This document shows, piece after piece, positions 20,217 through 30,702 of a stretch of 64,000 nt of DNA. The notes under the pieces were generated by a model that saw nothing but the letters and a program-made list of their open reading frames with translations, did no database searches and was not told the origin of the DNA. Position 1 is the stretch's first letter, and each line of letters begins with the position of its first letter. Made by a program: the position numbers and the translations under genes. This DNA comes from Vicinamibacterales bacterium (GTDB lineage: Bacteria; Acidobacteriota; Vicinamibacteria; Vicinamibacterales; JAMQPK01), in contig CAVXJF010000001.1 in the NCBI GenBank assembly GCA_963762055.1, positions 133,466 to 197,465 on the forward strand, given 5' to 3'.

Positions 20217-21500
20217 ATGCGCACCAGAATCATTCTTCTCACCGGCCTCGCCGCAATCGTTGCGGCGTTCGTATCGGCGATCCCGACGAGTGCGCAGCAG
20301 GCCGCTGCCGACGCGCCCACATTCACGAAAGACGTCGCGCCGGTTCTTTTTAAGAACTGCGTCACGTGTCATCGGCCAGGCGAAGCCGCGCCGATGTCCC
20401 TGCTGACCTACGAACAGGCGCGGCCCTATGCGAAGGCGATCGCCAACGCGGTGGTGAACCGCACGATGCCTCCGTGGCACGCAGACGCTCCCCCCGGCAC
20501 GTTCCATAACGAGCGGCAGCTCACCGAGTCGGAGCGGCAGACACTTGTCGATTGGTCAAGAGCCGGAGCGCCAAAAGGCGACCACGATCTTCCGCCGGCG
20601 CCAACCTTCGTTGACGGCTGGGCCATTGGCAAACCCGATCTCGTGCTGCAGATGCTGGAAGACCGGGCGATTCCCGCCCGCGGCACCATCGAGTACGAAC
20701 ACTTCTACGTTCCGACCAACCTGACCGAGACGAAGTGGGTAAAGGCGATCGAAGTGCGTCCGGGAAACCGCGCCGTCGTCCATCATGTCCTCCTCCGCAC
20801 CGAGCAGGCCACACCGAACGCCTCGCGGCTGATTCGCGCCAACCCGAAAAATGCGGTGGTGACGCAGCGTGAGGGAGTCGGTGAGCGCCCGCGGCGCGCG
20901 CCGGCCCCCGGAATGTCGCGTTCGCTGATTTCCACGTATGCGCCCGGCACCAACCCACAGGTTGCGCCGGCGGGAACAGCGTTCCGGCTCGAGCCCGGCA
21001 GCGTGCTCGAAATTCAGATGCACTACACCACGAACGGCCAGGCGACGACCGACCGCACGAGCGTGGGGTTCGTGTTTTCCGATGAACCGTCGCCACGTGA
21101 ATTGCGCGGGGGCGATTTTTTCAATGCAGTGTTTACGCTGCCGGCCGGCAGTGCCGACGTCTCCGTCGGAACCGACGTCGAATTCCTCGCGGATGCCGTC
21201 GTCTTCGGCATCTTCCCGCACACGCACGTTCGCGGGACGCGCTGGGACTATAAGCTGGTGATGCCCGGCGGCGAGCAGAAGCCGATTCTCGCGGTGCCTC
21301 GCTACGACTTCAACTGGCAGACGTATTACATGTTCAAGGAGCCGCTGCAGGTGCCGAAAGGCGCCAAGATCATCTCAACCGCGTGGTACGACAATTCCGC
21401 GGCCAACAAGAACAATCCCGATCCGAAAGTCGACGTCAAGTGGGGCGACCAGACCTGGGAAGAAATGCAGTACTCAGGAATACTGATAAGCCAGAATTGA
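20217..21500 (+). CDS. secreted protein with N-terminal CxxCH motif and a copper type II ascorbate-dependent monooxygenase-like C-terminal domain
   Basis: Starts at the internal Met MRTRIILLTGLAAIVAAFVSAIPTSAQQ. Motifs: FKNCVTCHRPGEAAPMSLLTY...MPPWHAD and FPHTHVRGTRWDY. The function assignment is tentative. Confidence 0.65.
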   Translation: MRTRIILLTGLAAIVAAFVSAIPTSAQQAAADAPTFTKDVAPVLFKNCVTCHRPGEAAPMSLLTYEQARPYAKAIANAVVNRTMPPWHADAPPGTFHNERQLTESERQTLVDWSRAGAPKGDHDLPPAPTFVDGWAIGKPDLVLQMLEDRAIPARGTIEYEHFYVPTNLTETKWVKAIEVRPGNRAVVHHVLLRTEQATPNASRLIRANPKNAVVTQREGVGERPRRAPAPGMSRSLISTYAPGTNPQVAPAGTAFRLEPGSVLEIQMHYTTNGQATTDRTSVGFVFSDEPSPRELRGGDFFNAVFTLPAGSADVSVGTDVEFLADAVVFGIFPHTHVRGTRWDYKLVMPGGEQKPILAVPRYDFNWQTYYMFKEPLQVPKGAKIISTAWYDNSAANKNNPDPKVDVKWGDQTWEEMQYSGILISQN

Positions 21501-21506
21501 GAGATG

Positions 21507-21561
21507 GGCAGATTGGCAGATTCGTATCACGCGTTCTAATCTTCCAATCTGCCAATCTACC
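21507..21561. terminator. bidirectional hairpin between convergent genes (GCAGATTGGCAGATT word family)
   Basis: GGCAGATTGGCAGATT...AATCTGCCAATCTACC, lying between the stop at 21500 (+) and the stop at 21573 (-). Confidence 0.5.
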
Positions 21562-21572
21562 AATTCTGCCAG

Positions 21573-22541
21573 CTATCCCAGCGGGCGAATAGGTACCGCG
21601 AGTCTGTAAGCGGTGTCGTTCGACGCGACCACCAGCCCGCCATTCGGATCGATGGCAACGCCGACGAGCGATTGTCCGGCCACGACCAGTTCGGTCGAGC
21701 CGTCGGGCCGCACGCGATACAGGCCGTTCGAGCCTGCCAGCGCTTCAATCACATATAACGCGCCCTGGGAGTCGAACGCGATTCCCTGCGGACGGCCGAA
21801 ACCCGAGTACACGCGATCGATCGTGCCGGTGTCGGGATCCAGACGATACACGTGATCGTAGGGACCGAGCGTGGGCGCCGACACGTAGATGGAACCCTCC
21901 GGCCCGACCGCAAGATGAAACGCCGCGATGCTCGGCGGCAGCGTCGCAATCGTGGTGACGGTCCGATCCGGCTGGACTGTAAAGATGGTCCCGGAGCGAT
22001 CGCCGACGTAGAGGACTCCGCGCGAGTCGAACACAAGGCCGCACGCGATGCCGAGATCGCTCGCGTACGTCTCGTGCGTCCCGTCGGGGAAAACCTTGTA
22101 GACCGAGCCCTCGAAGCGGCTCGACACATAGAGCTGGCCCGACGCGTCGAACGTCATCGATGTCGGGTTGACGATCCCCGAGACGTACGACTCGCGGCGG
22201 CCGGTCGGGCTGACGCGGAAGATCGAGACAGGCACCTCCTGCCCTCGCGTTCCGCTGTAGGTGACGTATAGATTGCCCGCGCGATCGAACACCGGGTTGT
22301 CCACCTGATGCAGCCCGGTCGCAAGCTCCCTGCCCACCTCGAGCAGCGCGGTTTCGCCCGGTACGCCTTCCACGCGGACGGCCGTCTGCCCTCCGTCGAG
22401 GCCCTGGGGGACGAGCACGGAAATCGTTGAGGGTGATGCGAAAACGGCGCGCGCCGGCGTTTCGCCGAACGTGACGTCAGGCAGATGCGGACGATCGATG
22501 GGGAAACCGGAGCCGTGGATGGTGACGCGGCCACCTTCCAC
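21573..22541 (-). CDS. IPT/TIG domain + NHL/SMP-30-like beta-propeller repeat protein (apparently lacks an N-terminal signal)
   Basis: 322-aa ORF with a GTG start: GGRVTIHGSGFP...TAVRVEG (IPT), then repeated GNLYVT/GQLYVSS/GVLYVGD/GALYVIE blades. Confidence 0.7.
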   Translation of the reverse strand: MEGGRVTIHGSGFPIDRPHLPDVTFGETPARAVFASPSTISVLVPQGLDGGQTAVRVEGVPGETALLEVGRELATGLHQVDNPVFDRAGNLYVTYSGTRGQEVPVSIFRVSPTGRRESYVSGIVNPTSMTFDASGQLYVSSRFEGSVYKVFPDGTHETYASDLGIACGLVFDSRGVLYVGDRSGTIFTVQPDRTVTTIATLPPSIAAFHLAVGPEGSIYVSAPTLGPYDHVYRLDPDTGTIDRVYSGFGRPQGIAFDSQGALYVIEALAGSNGLYRVRPDGSTELVVAGQSLVGVAIDPNGGLVVASNDTAYRLAVPIRPLG

Positions 22542-22573
22542 GGCCCAATGGGGTTGTATTGATGTCAGCCGCG

Positions 22574-23107
22574 TCAGGACTCGTCCAGTTCAGCGTTCCA
22601 GTACAGGAAGTCGCGCCAGCTATCCGGCGCGTTGCGCAACCCGATCGTAATACGGATGGCGGGCACCGATTCCGGCCGTTTCGGATATTTGACCAGGTGC
22701 ATGCGGGCTTCGACCGGCGTGCGCCCCCCTTTCCGGCGGTTGCACGAGACGCAGCAGGTGACGATGTTCTCCCAGTCCTTCCGGCCGCCTTGCGCGACGG
22801 GCACGACGTGGTCGAACGTCAACTCGCTCGTGGGAAACACGTCCCCGCAGTACTGGCACGCGTGGTTGTCGCGGGCATAGATGTTCGCCCGTGAAAACGG
22901 AACGTAATCGAACCGGCGCTTGATTTTGATGTAGCGAAGGAGGCGGATGACGGAGGGCAGCTTGATGCTGAAGGACACTGCCCTAATTTCCCGGTCGTAG
23001 ACCGAGATCACCTCTACCTTCCCCTGGCAAAGCAGAGTGATGGCCTTTTGCCAGTTGACGACCTTTAGAGGCTCATACGTCGCGTTGAGGAGTAATGTCT
23101 GTTCCAT
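22574..23107 (-). CDS. HNH endonuclease (McrA-like, small conserved family)
   Basis: 177-aa ORF: RDNHACQYCG...LTFDHVVPVAQGGRKDWENIVTCCVSCNRRKG. Confidence 0.85.
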   Translation of the reverse strand: MEQTLLLNATYEPLKVVNWQKAITLLCQGKVEVISVYDREIRAVSFSIKLPSVIRLLRYIKIKRRFDYVPFSRANIYARDNHACQYCGDVFPTSELTFDHVVPVAQGGRKDWENIVTCCVSCNRRKGGRTPVEARMHLVKYPKRPESVPAIRITIGLRNAPDSWRDFLYWNAELDES

Positions 23108-23192
23108 ACCGGACGTGCAACGATTTTCGCGTGAAGGTTTGCGCCTGTCAAGTTACTGTAAGGACTGTACTTCGCCGCACAAGGTGCCGATA

Positions 23193-23780
23193 ATGCTTCA
23201 GATGGGACGCCTATTAATAATGACGCTCGCGCTGGCCGTGTCCTCGGCCGCCTGCGCCACGTCGGGCGCCGTCCCGCGGCCGTTTCCAGGCGCCACGGTG
23301 GCTAACGCACCCAGCGCACCTGCCGCACCTAACGCACCCAACGCACCCAACGCACCCAACGCACCTAACGCACCTAGCGTACCCAGCTCACTTGGAGAAG
23401 CGATCGTGCAGTTCGCGATGGCCTTCCGCGGCGTGCCCTACCGTCTGGGGGGCGCCGATCCGGCGGGCTTCGATTGCAGCGGCCTCGTCCAGTATGTGTT
23501 CGCCCAGCACGGCGTCTTCGTTCCGCGCGTGGTCGAGCAGCAGTACGAAGCTGGCAACAAGATAAAGCCGTCCGACATCAAGCCGGGCGACCTGATCTTC
23601 TTCAACACGAAGAAGCGCGGCGACGGCGTGTCGCACGTGGCGATCGCCATCGATGAGACGACCTTCGTCCACGCACCCAATTCGACGGGCGTCGTCCGGG
23701 TCGAAACGCTGGGGTCTTCCTACTGGGGCTCGCGCTACGTCGGGGCGCGCAGAATCAAGCCCGCCTCTCCTACAAGCTAG
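23193..23780 (+). CDS. NlpC/P60-family peptidoglycan endopeptidase lipoprotein with (xAP)9 linker
   Basis: Starts at MLQMGRLLIMTLALAVSSAAC (lipobox). Motifs: GADPAGFDCSGLVQYVF...SHVAIAID...HAPNS. Confidence 0.85.
   Translation: MLQMGRLLIMTLALAVSSAACATSGAVPRPFPGATVANAPSAPAAPNAPNAPNAPNAPNAPSVPSSLGEAIVQFAMAFRGVPYRLGGADPAGFDCSGLVQYVFAQHGVFVPRVVEQQYEAGNKIKPSDIKPGDLIFFNTKKRGDGVSHVAIAIDETTFVHAPNSTGVVRVETLGSSYWGSRYVGARRIKPASPTS
23304..23384 (+). repeat. 9 x 9-nt tandem repeat AACGCACCC (encodes N/S/A-A-P)
   Basis: I counted the units directly. It has the same unit, copy number and reading frame as 37868-37948 on the other strand. Confidence 0.9.
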
Positions 23781-23853
23781 CTCCACATAGTGGATATCAG
23801 GCCTCGATAAACCCGCCAGCGAAAGCGTGCAGGGTTCGCGGCCGCGTGGTGCG

Positions 23854-23859
23854 TATAAT
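23854..23859 (+). promoter_or_regulatory. candidate -10 box TATAAT, 23 nt upstream of the kinase-A ATG
   Basis: A perfect TATAAT in a G+C-rich context, conserved at the same position in the duplicate copy (27765-27770). No convincing -35 element. Confidence 0.35.
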
Positions 23860-23882
23860 CCAGCCGATCACCACCGTCAAAA

Positions 23883-26780
23883 ATGACACCTGAGCGATGG
23901 CGGCAGGTCGAGGAAATCGTTCACGCAGCGCTCTCGCGCGGCGAGAGCGAGCGACCGGCCTTTCTCGCTCAGAAGTGTGCAGGCGACGAGGCGCTGAGAG
24001 GCGAGGTCGAGTCGCTGCTCGCACAACAGGCCTCGGCGACGGGATTTCTGGAAGATCCGCTGGTGGCCGGAGCGCTGCTGGCCGGCGAGACTGGCGCATC
24101 AATACTCACCGGCCGGCGCCTTGGCGGCTATGAGATTCACGCGCGCATCGGCGTAGGCGGTATGGGCGAGGTCTACCGCGCGCGCGACACGAAGTTGGGT
24201 CGCGAGGTGGCAATCAAAATCCTGCCGAGCTTTTCAGCTACCGACCGCGATCGGCTGGCGCGGTTCGATCGCGAGGCGCGCGTGCTCGCGTCACTCAATC
24301 ATCCCCACATCGCCGCGATCTACGGACTGGAAGACGCCGACGGAGTGCCGGCGCTGGTGCTCGAACTGGTCGACGGCGAGACCCTGGCCGACCGAATCGC
24401 GCACGGACCTGTGCGTCTGAATGAAGCTCTGACGCTGGCGCGCCAGATAGCGGATGCGCTCGAAGCCGCTCATGAGAAGGGGATCATCCACCGCGATCTG
24501 AAGCCGGCGAATGTCAAGATCACGTCCGACGGCGTCGTGAAAGTGCTCGACTTTGGTTTAGCGAGGGTGGCGACCGGAGACGTTGGCACTACCGACTTGA
24601 CGCAGTCCCCGACGATAACGGTCGGCGGAACGCGGGAAGGATCGGTCCTCGGCACGGCGTCGTACATGAGCCCCGAACAGGCGAGGGGCCGGCCGGCTGA
24701 CAAGCGTGCGGACGTGTGGGCGTTCGGGATCGTGCTCTACGAGATGCTGACCGGCCGAGCGGCCTTCGACGGTGAAACGATTTCAGACGTGATCGCGAAA
24801 GTGATTGAGCGCGAGCCGGATTGGTCGGCGCTCCCAGCCTCGACGCCGCTCCGCCTTCGTGAGTTGTTGCACCGATGCGCGAGGAAGGATCCGAAGGCGC
24901 GGCTCCAGGCGATCGGAGACGCGCGCGTTCAGATTGATGAGCTGATCAGTGGCGCGCCGGACGACGGCACGCGCGATCGCCGTCACGCAGCCGCGCGCAG
25001 CGACCGAACGCACGCTGTCGCATGGATCGCCGCGGCGCTGTCGCTCGCGGCCGCTGCAGCGCTGTTAGTCCCGACCACGTTGTACTTCCGTCGAGCGGTT
25101 CCCGAGCCGGTACTTACACGCTTCGAGATTGCGACGCCGCCGACGAGCGATCCGGTCTCGTTCGCGCTGTCCGCTGACGGCCGGCAGCTGGCGTTCGTCG
25201 CAACGGCCGAAGGCACGCCGCGGCTATGGGTGCGGCCGCTCGATCAGGTGACAGCACAGCCGCTCGCGGGCACCGAGGGAGCCCGTTATCCGTTCTGGGC
25301 GCCGGATGGCCGCGCGATTGGGTTTTTTGCCGACGGCAAGCTGAAGCGGATCGATCTGGGAAGCGGCGCCGCTTCAGGAATTGGCGGATGCGCCGAGTGG
25401 CCGCGGTGGGACGTGGAACCGCGACGATGTCATCGTGTTCGCCCCGGACGTCGCTCGGGGACCTGATGCGGGTGATGGCCACGGGCGGGGCGCCGATGCG
25501 CCGTAACACGGCACGCGTCCGGCGGGGGAGCCATCGCTGGCCGCAGTTTCTGCCCGATGGACGACATTTCCTTTTTTTCGTGACTGGGGCACGGGCGTTC
25601 CGGAAACGCGGGGCGTGTACCTTGGAACGCTCGACGGCGGCGAGCCGACGCGCATTCTCGCGGCAGAGAGCGCCGCTCTCTATGCGCCGCCCGGCGCACT
25701 GCTGTGGGTGCAGGAGGGGGTGCTGGTCGCGCAACGCTTCGACCCAGTGCGCAACATGCTCAGTGACGAGCCGATCCCCGTGGCTCAGGGCGTTGGGATC
25801 GAAGTTGGCGTGTTGCGGGGCGCGTTTGCGGTGGCGGCCACTGGTGTTCTCGCGCATCGGGCCGGCCAGGGAGAACGGCGGCAACTCACCTGGGTCGATC
25901 GTGAAGGAATCGCGCGGGGCACCGTCGGGCCGGCAGATTGGGAAGGGCTAGGCAGTCCGGAGCTGGCGCCCGATAACCAGCGCGTCGCGGTGCACCGCAC
26001 GGTTCGAGGGAATCCGGACGTATGGCTGATAGACAGTGGCCGGGGACCTGCATGACGCGACTTACGTTCGACGCAAGCACCGAAGGTAATCCTCTGTGGT
26101 CTCCGGACGGGAGCCGCGTGGCGTTCAGGTCCCTCCGTAACGGCCCCTGGGACCTGTTTTGAGAAAGCGGCGAGTGGCGCCGGCGACGAGCAGCCCCTAC
26201 TGGTAACAGGGGAGTTGAAGTCACCACTGGCCTGGTCACCCGATGGGCAAATCTTGCTCTACGGGATCCAGTATCCGAAGACGGGGCTGGACCTCTGGGC
26301 CTTGCCGCTGGCGGCGACCGCAAGCCGTTCCCTGTTGTGCAAACACTCTTCGACGAGACCTCAGGGCAGTTCTCCCCCGACGGGCGGTGGGTGGCGTATC
26401 AGTCGAATGAATCCAAGACAAGTGCAGATTTATGTCCGACCGTTTCGAGGGTCCGGCGGCCAGCGGCAGGTGTCGACGGAGGGCGGGAGCCAGCCGCGGT
26501 GGCGGCCCGACGGGAAGGAACTGTTCTATGTCGCTCCCGACGCTCGTTTGATGGCGGTGCCGATCGCGGTCGGAGCGGACCCGCAGACGCTGGAGGCGGG
26601 TGCCCCGGGGGCGCTCTTCCGGACACGGCTCGCCAGCGGCGCGAACATCTCCGGGTTGATGTCGAAGCCGCAATACGCAGTCGCCTCCGACGGGCGCTTT
26701 CTGATGAACGTGTCCGTCGAGGAGCGACCGCGCCACCCATCACGGTCGTCCTCAACTGGGACGCGGCGTTGAAGAGGTGA
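23883..26780 (+). pseudogene. Ser/Thr protein kinase fused to TolB-like (PD40/WD40-like) beta-propeller, copy A, heavily decayed in its C-terminal half
   Basis: The kinase domain is intact (GVGGMGEVYRARD, VAIKIL, HRDLKPANVKI, DFGLAR). Downstream of about 25370 the homologous reading moves between all three frames at least seven times, with a premature TGA at ~26161. This was judged by alignment to copy B. Confidence 0.8.
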
Positions 26781-26790
26781 CTCGAATGGC

Positions 26791-27417
26791 TCAGCGCCAG
26801 GCGGCACCGGCCGACGGCTCTAACAGCATGGTACGAATGCTGTTCGCCTGCGATTTCTCGAAACTCGGAAGATGGGTGGGGTGCTGCACGTCCACACTCG
26901 CGCGCATGATGCCGCTGGCGCGAATGGCCCTTTGCGGGCAGCACGAGATGGCCCACTTCGTGAGCGATGACTGCGCCGAGCTGAATCGCAAAGAACTTGG
27001 GTCCGGGCATCGACGGAACGCGGTCGCAAAGAATGTAGGCGCGCCCGATGCCGGGGTGAGCTCGGCCGAGTGCATCGTTCGAGATGCCCTGCCGCTGAGA
27101 TTTTTTTCGACGTTGTCGCGCGGGAGCAGCATGACTGTGAGATGGAGTCCGCCATCTACATGCTTTCCAACGGCCTGCTCGCTATCGACCCACACGGTGC
27201 GGACGCCGATGTCCTCGTAGACCATTGCGACGTGCTCCTTGACTTGGTTCAGGACCTCACGCGAGATAGCCGCGAGGTTGACGACATGCAGCACGATTGT
27301 CGCTTCACGTTGGTCGCTCGTGGCGACCGGCCCATCCTGAGCGCTTGCCCGCCCCGGCACCAACATGGCGAGAACCCCCATCAGAACCACGGTCCCCTTT
27401 CGGCCTGTATTCGTCAT
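26791..27417 (-). pseudogene. small secreted HExxH metalloprotease-like protein, copy A (frameshifted)
   Basis: The N-terminus MTNTGRKGTVVLMGVLAMLVPGRASAQDGPVATS is identical to copy B. The HEVGHLVLP motif lies in a different frame (ORF 26399..27010). Confidence 0.7.
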
Positions 27418-27480
27418 CGCCCTTCCTCCTCGGGCGATGGAGGCGGGAAAAGCGGTCTGAAGGGGCCATCGGAGGCGTAA

Positions 27481-27600
27481 ATGCGGGCCCGCTCGGTTTC
27501 GGATGCTATTCCGTCAACCGTCAGGTCACCAAACCTGTTCCTCGCGTGAGGGAACGGAAACGAGGGCGCCTCCAGCAGCTCGTTCGGAGGCTGCTCTCTA
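27481..27600 (+). pseudogene. remnant of the 5' end of the ECF sigma factor gene
   Basis: By eye this aligns to 31399-31520 (upstream region plus the first ~30 codons of the sigma gene) at roughly three-quarters identity. It then breaks off. Confidence 0.5.
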
Positions 27601-27605
27601 TACGC

Positions 27606-27740
27606 TTATCTGCTTGCGACGAGCGCCGCCGGTTCCAAGAGAGTCATGCGGATGAGACTGGCCTGTTTGTTGTTGAAGCTCGTCAGATTATGAGCACTGT
27701 GGGCTGAGGCGATGCGCTCGCAAAAGATGTGCGCAAGCGT
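27606..27740 (-). pseudogene. internally deleted remnant of a third HExxH-protein gene copy
   Basis: Encodes ...HIFCERIASAHSA..TSFNNKQASLIRMTLLEP, matching the copy-B segments HIFCERIASAHSAR and LSSFNNEQASLIRMTLLEP. The HEVGH-containing middle is missing. Confidence 0.6.
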
Positions 27741-27764
27741 GCGGGTTCGTGGCCGCGTGGTGCG

Positions 27765-27770
27765 TATAAT
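27765..27770 (+). promoter_or_regulatory. candidate -10 box TATAAT, 23 nt upstream of the kinase-B ATG
   Basis: Same context (GTGCGTATAATCCAGCCGATCAC) as in copy A. Confidence 0.35.
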
Positions 27771-27793
27771 CCAGCCGATCACGACCGTCAAAG

Positions 27794-30686
27794 ATGACAC
27801 CTGAGCGATGGCGGCAGGTCGAGGAAATCGTTCACGCAGCGCTCTCGCGCGGCGAGAGCGAGCGACCGGCTTTTCTCGCCCAGAAGTGTGCAGGCGACGA
27901 GGCGCTGAGAGGCGAGGTCGAGTCGCTGCTCGCACAACAGGCCTCGGCGACGGGATTTCTGGAAGATCCGCTGGTGGCCGGAGCGCTGCTGGCCGGCGAG
28001 ACTGGCGCATCAATACTCACCGGCCGGCGCCTTGGCGGCTATGAGATTCACGCGCGCATCGGCGTAGGCGGCATGGGCGAGGTCTACCGCGCGCGCGACA
28101 CGAAGTTGGGCCGCGACGTCGCAATCAAGATTCTTCCGAGCGCCTTCAGCAGCGTTCCCGATCGGCTGGCGCGGTTCGATCGCGAGGCGCGCGTGCTCGC
28201 GTCACTCAATCATCCCCACATCGCCGCGATCTACGGACTGGAAGACGCCGACGGAGTGCCGGCGCTGGTGCTCGAACTGGTCGACGGCGAGACCCTGGCC
28301 GACCGAATCGCGCGCGGACCTGTGCGTTTGAATGAAGCTCTGACGACTGGCGCGCCAGATAGCGGATGCGCTCGAAGCCGCTCATGAGAAGGGGATCATC
28401 CACCGCGATCTGAAGCCGGCGAATATCAAGATCACGTCCGACGGCGTCGTCAAAGTGCTCGACTTTGGTTTAGCGAGGGTGGCGACCGGAGACGTTGGCA
28501 CTACCGACTTGACGCAGTCCCCGACGATAACGGTTGGCGGAACGCGGGAAGGATCGATCCTCGGCACGGCGTCGTACATGAGCCCCGAACAGGCGAGGGG
28601 CCGGCCGGCTGACAAACGTGCGGACGTGTGGGCGTTCGGGATCGTGCTCTACGAGATGCTGACCGGCCGCGCCGCCTTCGAGGGTGAAACGATTTCAGAC
28701 GTGATCGCGAAAGTGATTGAGCGCGAGCCGGATTGGTCGGCGCTTCCAGCCTCGACGCCGCTCCGCCTCCGTGAGTTATTGCACCGATGCGCGAGGAAAG
28801 ATCCGAAGACGCGGCTCCAGGCGATCGGAGACGCGCGCATCCAGATTGATGAGCTGATCAGCGGCGCGCCGGACGGCAGCGCCATTATCGCCGTCACGCA
28901 GCCGCGGTCGCGACCGAACGCACGTGTGGCATGGATCGCCGCGGCGCTCTCACTCGCGGCCGCTGCAGCGCTGTTCGTCCCAGCCACGTTGTACTTCCGT
29001 CGAGCGGTTCCCGAGCCGGTGACTTTCGCGCTTCGAAATTGCGACGCCGCCGACCAATGACCCGGTATCTTTCGCGCTGTCTGCCGACGGCCGACAACTG
29101 GCGTTCGTCGCCACCGCCGAAGGTGTGCCGAAGCTTTGGGTGCGGCCGCTCGATCAGGTGACAGCCCGGCCGCTCGCGGGCACCGAAGGAGCCAGTTATC
29201 CGTTCTGGGCACCAGATAGCCGGGCGATTGGGTTTTTTGCCGACAGCAAGCTGAAGCGGATCGATCTGGAAAGCGGGGAAACTCGGGAACTTGCCGATGC
29301 GCCGCATGGCCGTGGTGGCGCGTGGAACCGGGACGGCGTGCTGATTTTCGCCCCGGACCTCACCCCAGGGGTCATCGTGCGGATGATGGAGACGGGTGGA
29401 CCGCCCGTCGCCGTGACCCGGCAGATGCCCGGCGAGGGGAGCCACCGCTGGCCGCAGTTTCTACCCGATGGGCGCCATTTCATCTTTTTGCTGGGTACGG
29501 ATTACCGGACAAGCGCGGCATGTACGTCGGGACCCTCGATGGCGGCGAACCTACGCACGTGCTGTCGTCGGAGACGGCAGCCGTGTATGCGCCGCCCGGC
29601 GTGTTGCTGTGGGTGCACCAGGGAGTGCTCGTCGCGCAGCGCTTCGACCCGACGAGCAAGGTGGTCAGTGACGAACCGATCCCCGTGGCCCGTGCCGTCG
29701 GAGTGGACAATGGTGTGTTGCGCGGTGCGTTTGCGGTTTCGGCGACCGGCTCGCTCGCGCATCGTACCGGACGGGGAGAACGGCGCCAACTTACATGGGT
29801 GGATCGCGCAGGCATTGCGCGGGGCACCGTCGGGCCGCCCGACGACGAGGCGTTAAGCAGTCCGGAGTTGGCGCCTGATGGCCGGCGCGTGGCGGTGCAA
29901 CGCAACGTCCAAGGGAATCCGGACGTGTGGCTAATCGACACTGGCCAGAACACACCAAGCCGCTTCACGTTCGACGAGAGCAACGAAGGCCTCCCTCTGT
30001 GGTCCCCGGATGGGCACCGCGTGGTGTTTACGGCCCTGCGCCAGGGAGCCTTCAATCTGTTTCAGAAGGCGGCGAGTGGCGCTGGCGAAGAGCAGACGCT
30101 GCTGTTGACGGGGGCACACAAGACGCCGTTGGCCTGGTCGCCCGATGGGCAGGTCCTGCTCTACGCCACGTGGCATGAGAAGACTGGGGTGGACCTTTGG
30201 GCCCTGCCGCTGACGGGCGATCGCAAGCCGTTCCCCGTCGTAAAGACGCCCTTCGATGAGACGGAGGGACAATTATCGTCCGACGGGCGTTGGGTGGCAT
30301 ATCAGTCGAACGAATCCAGGCCAGCGCAGATCTACGTTCGACCGTTTTCGGGACCCGGAGGCCCGTGGCAGGTATCGACGGCGGGCGGGAGCCAACCGCG
30401 GTGGCGCCTGGACGGGAAGGAACTGTTCTATGTCGCGACTGACGCGCGTTTGATGGCGGTACCCGTCGCGCTCAGCAGGGACGGGCAGACCCTGGAGATG
30501 GGCGCCGCGGTGCCGCTATTCCGGACGCGGCTCGCCAGTGGCTCGAACATTCCCCCCGGGGTGCTATCGAAGCCGCAGTATGCAGTCGCCTTTGACGGGC
30601 GTTTTTTGGTTAACGTGGCCGTCGAAGCGGGAACCGCGCCCCCCATCACGATCGTCCTCAACTGGGACGCGGCATTGAAGAAGTAA
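27794..30686 (+). pseudogene. Ser/Thr protein kinase fused to TolB-like beta-propeller, copy B (three frame disruptions)
   Basis: The gene is spread over ORFs 27794.., 28455.., 29125.. and 29322..30686. Disruptions: an extra A at ~28346 (CTGACGACTGG versus CTGACGCTGG in copy A), a +1 nt at ~29021-29030, and a -1 shift needed at the T5 run 29485-29489. The propeller repeats (WSPDG, LSSDGRWVAY, DGKELFY) are otherwise intact. Confidence 0.8.
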
Positions 30687-30702
30687 CTCACCACTGAGCA
30701 CC

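Larger units (their letters stand above)
23830..27600 (+). repeat. segmental duplication, copy A (kinase / HExxH gene / sigma 5' fragment); approximate bounds
   Basis: Collinear with 27741-31520. The offset between the two kinase ATGs is 3911 bp. Confidence 0.8.

Noticed and set aside
25572-25578. Programmed -1 ribosomal frameshifting at U UUU UUC in kinase A.
   Set aside because: This is kept only as a minor alternative. Copy A has many other lesions downstream, copy B lacks a canonical slippery heptamer at the homologous site, and no downstream stimulatory structure is evident.
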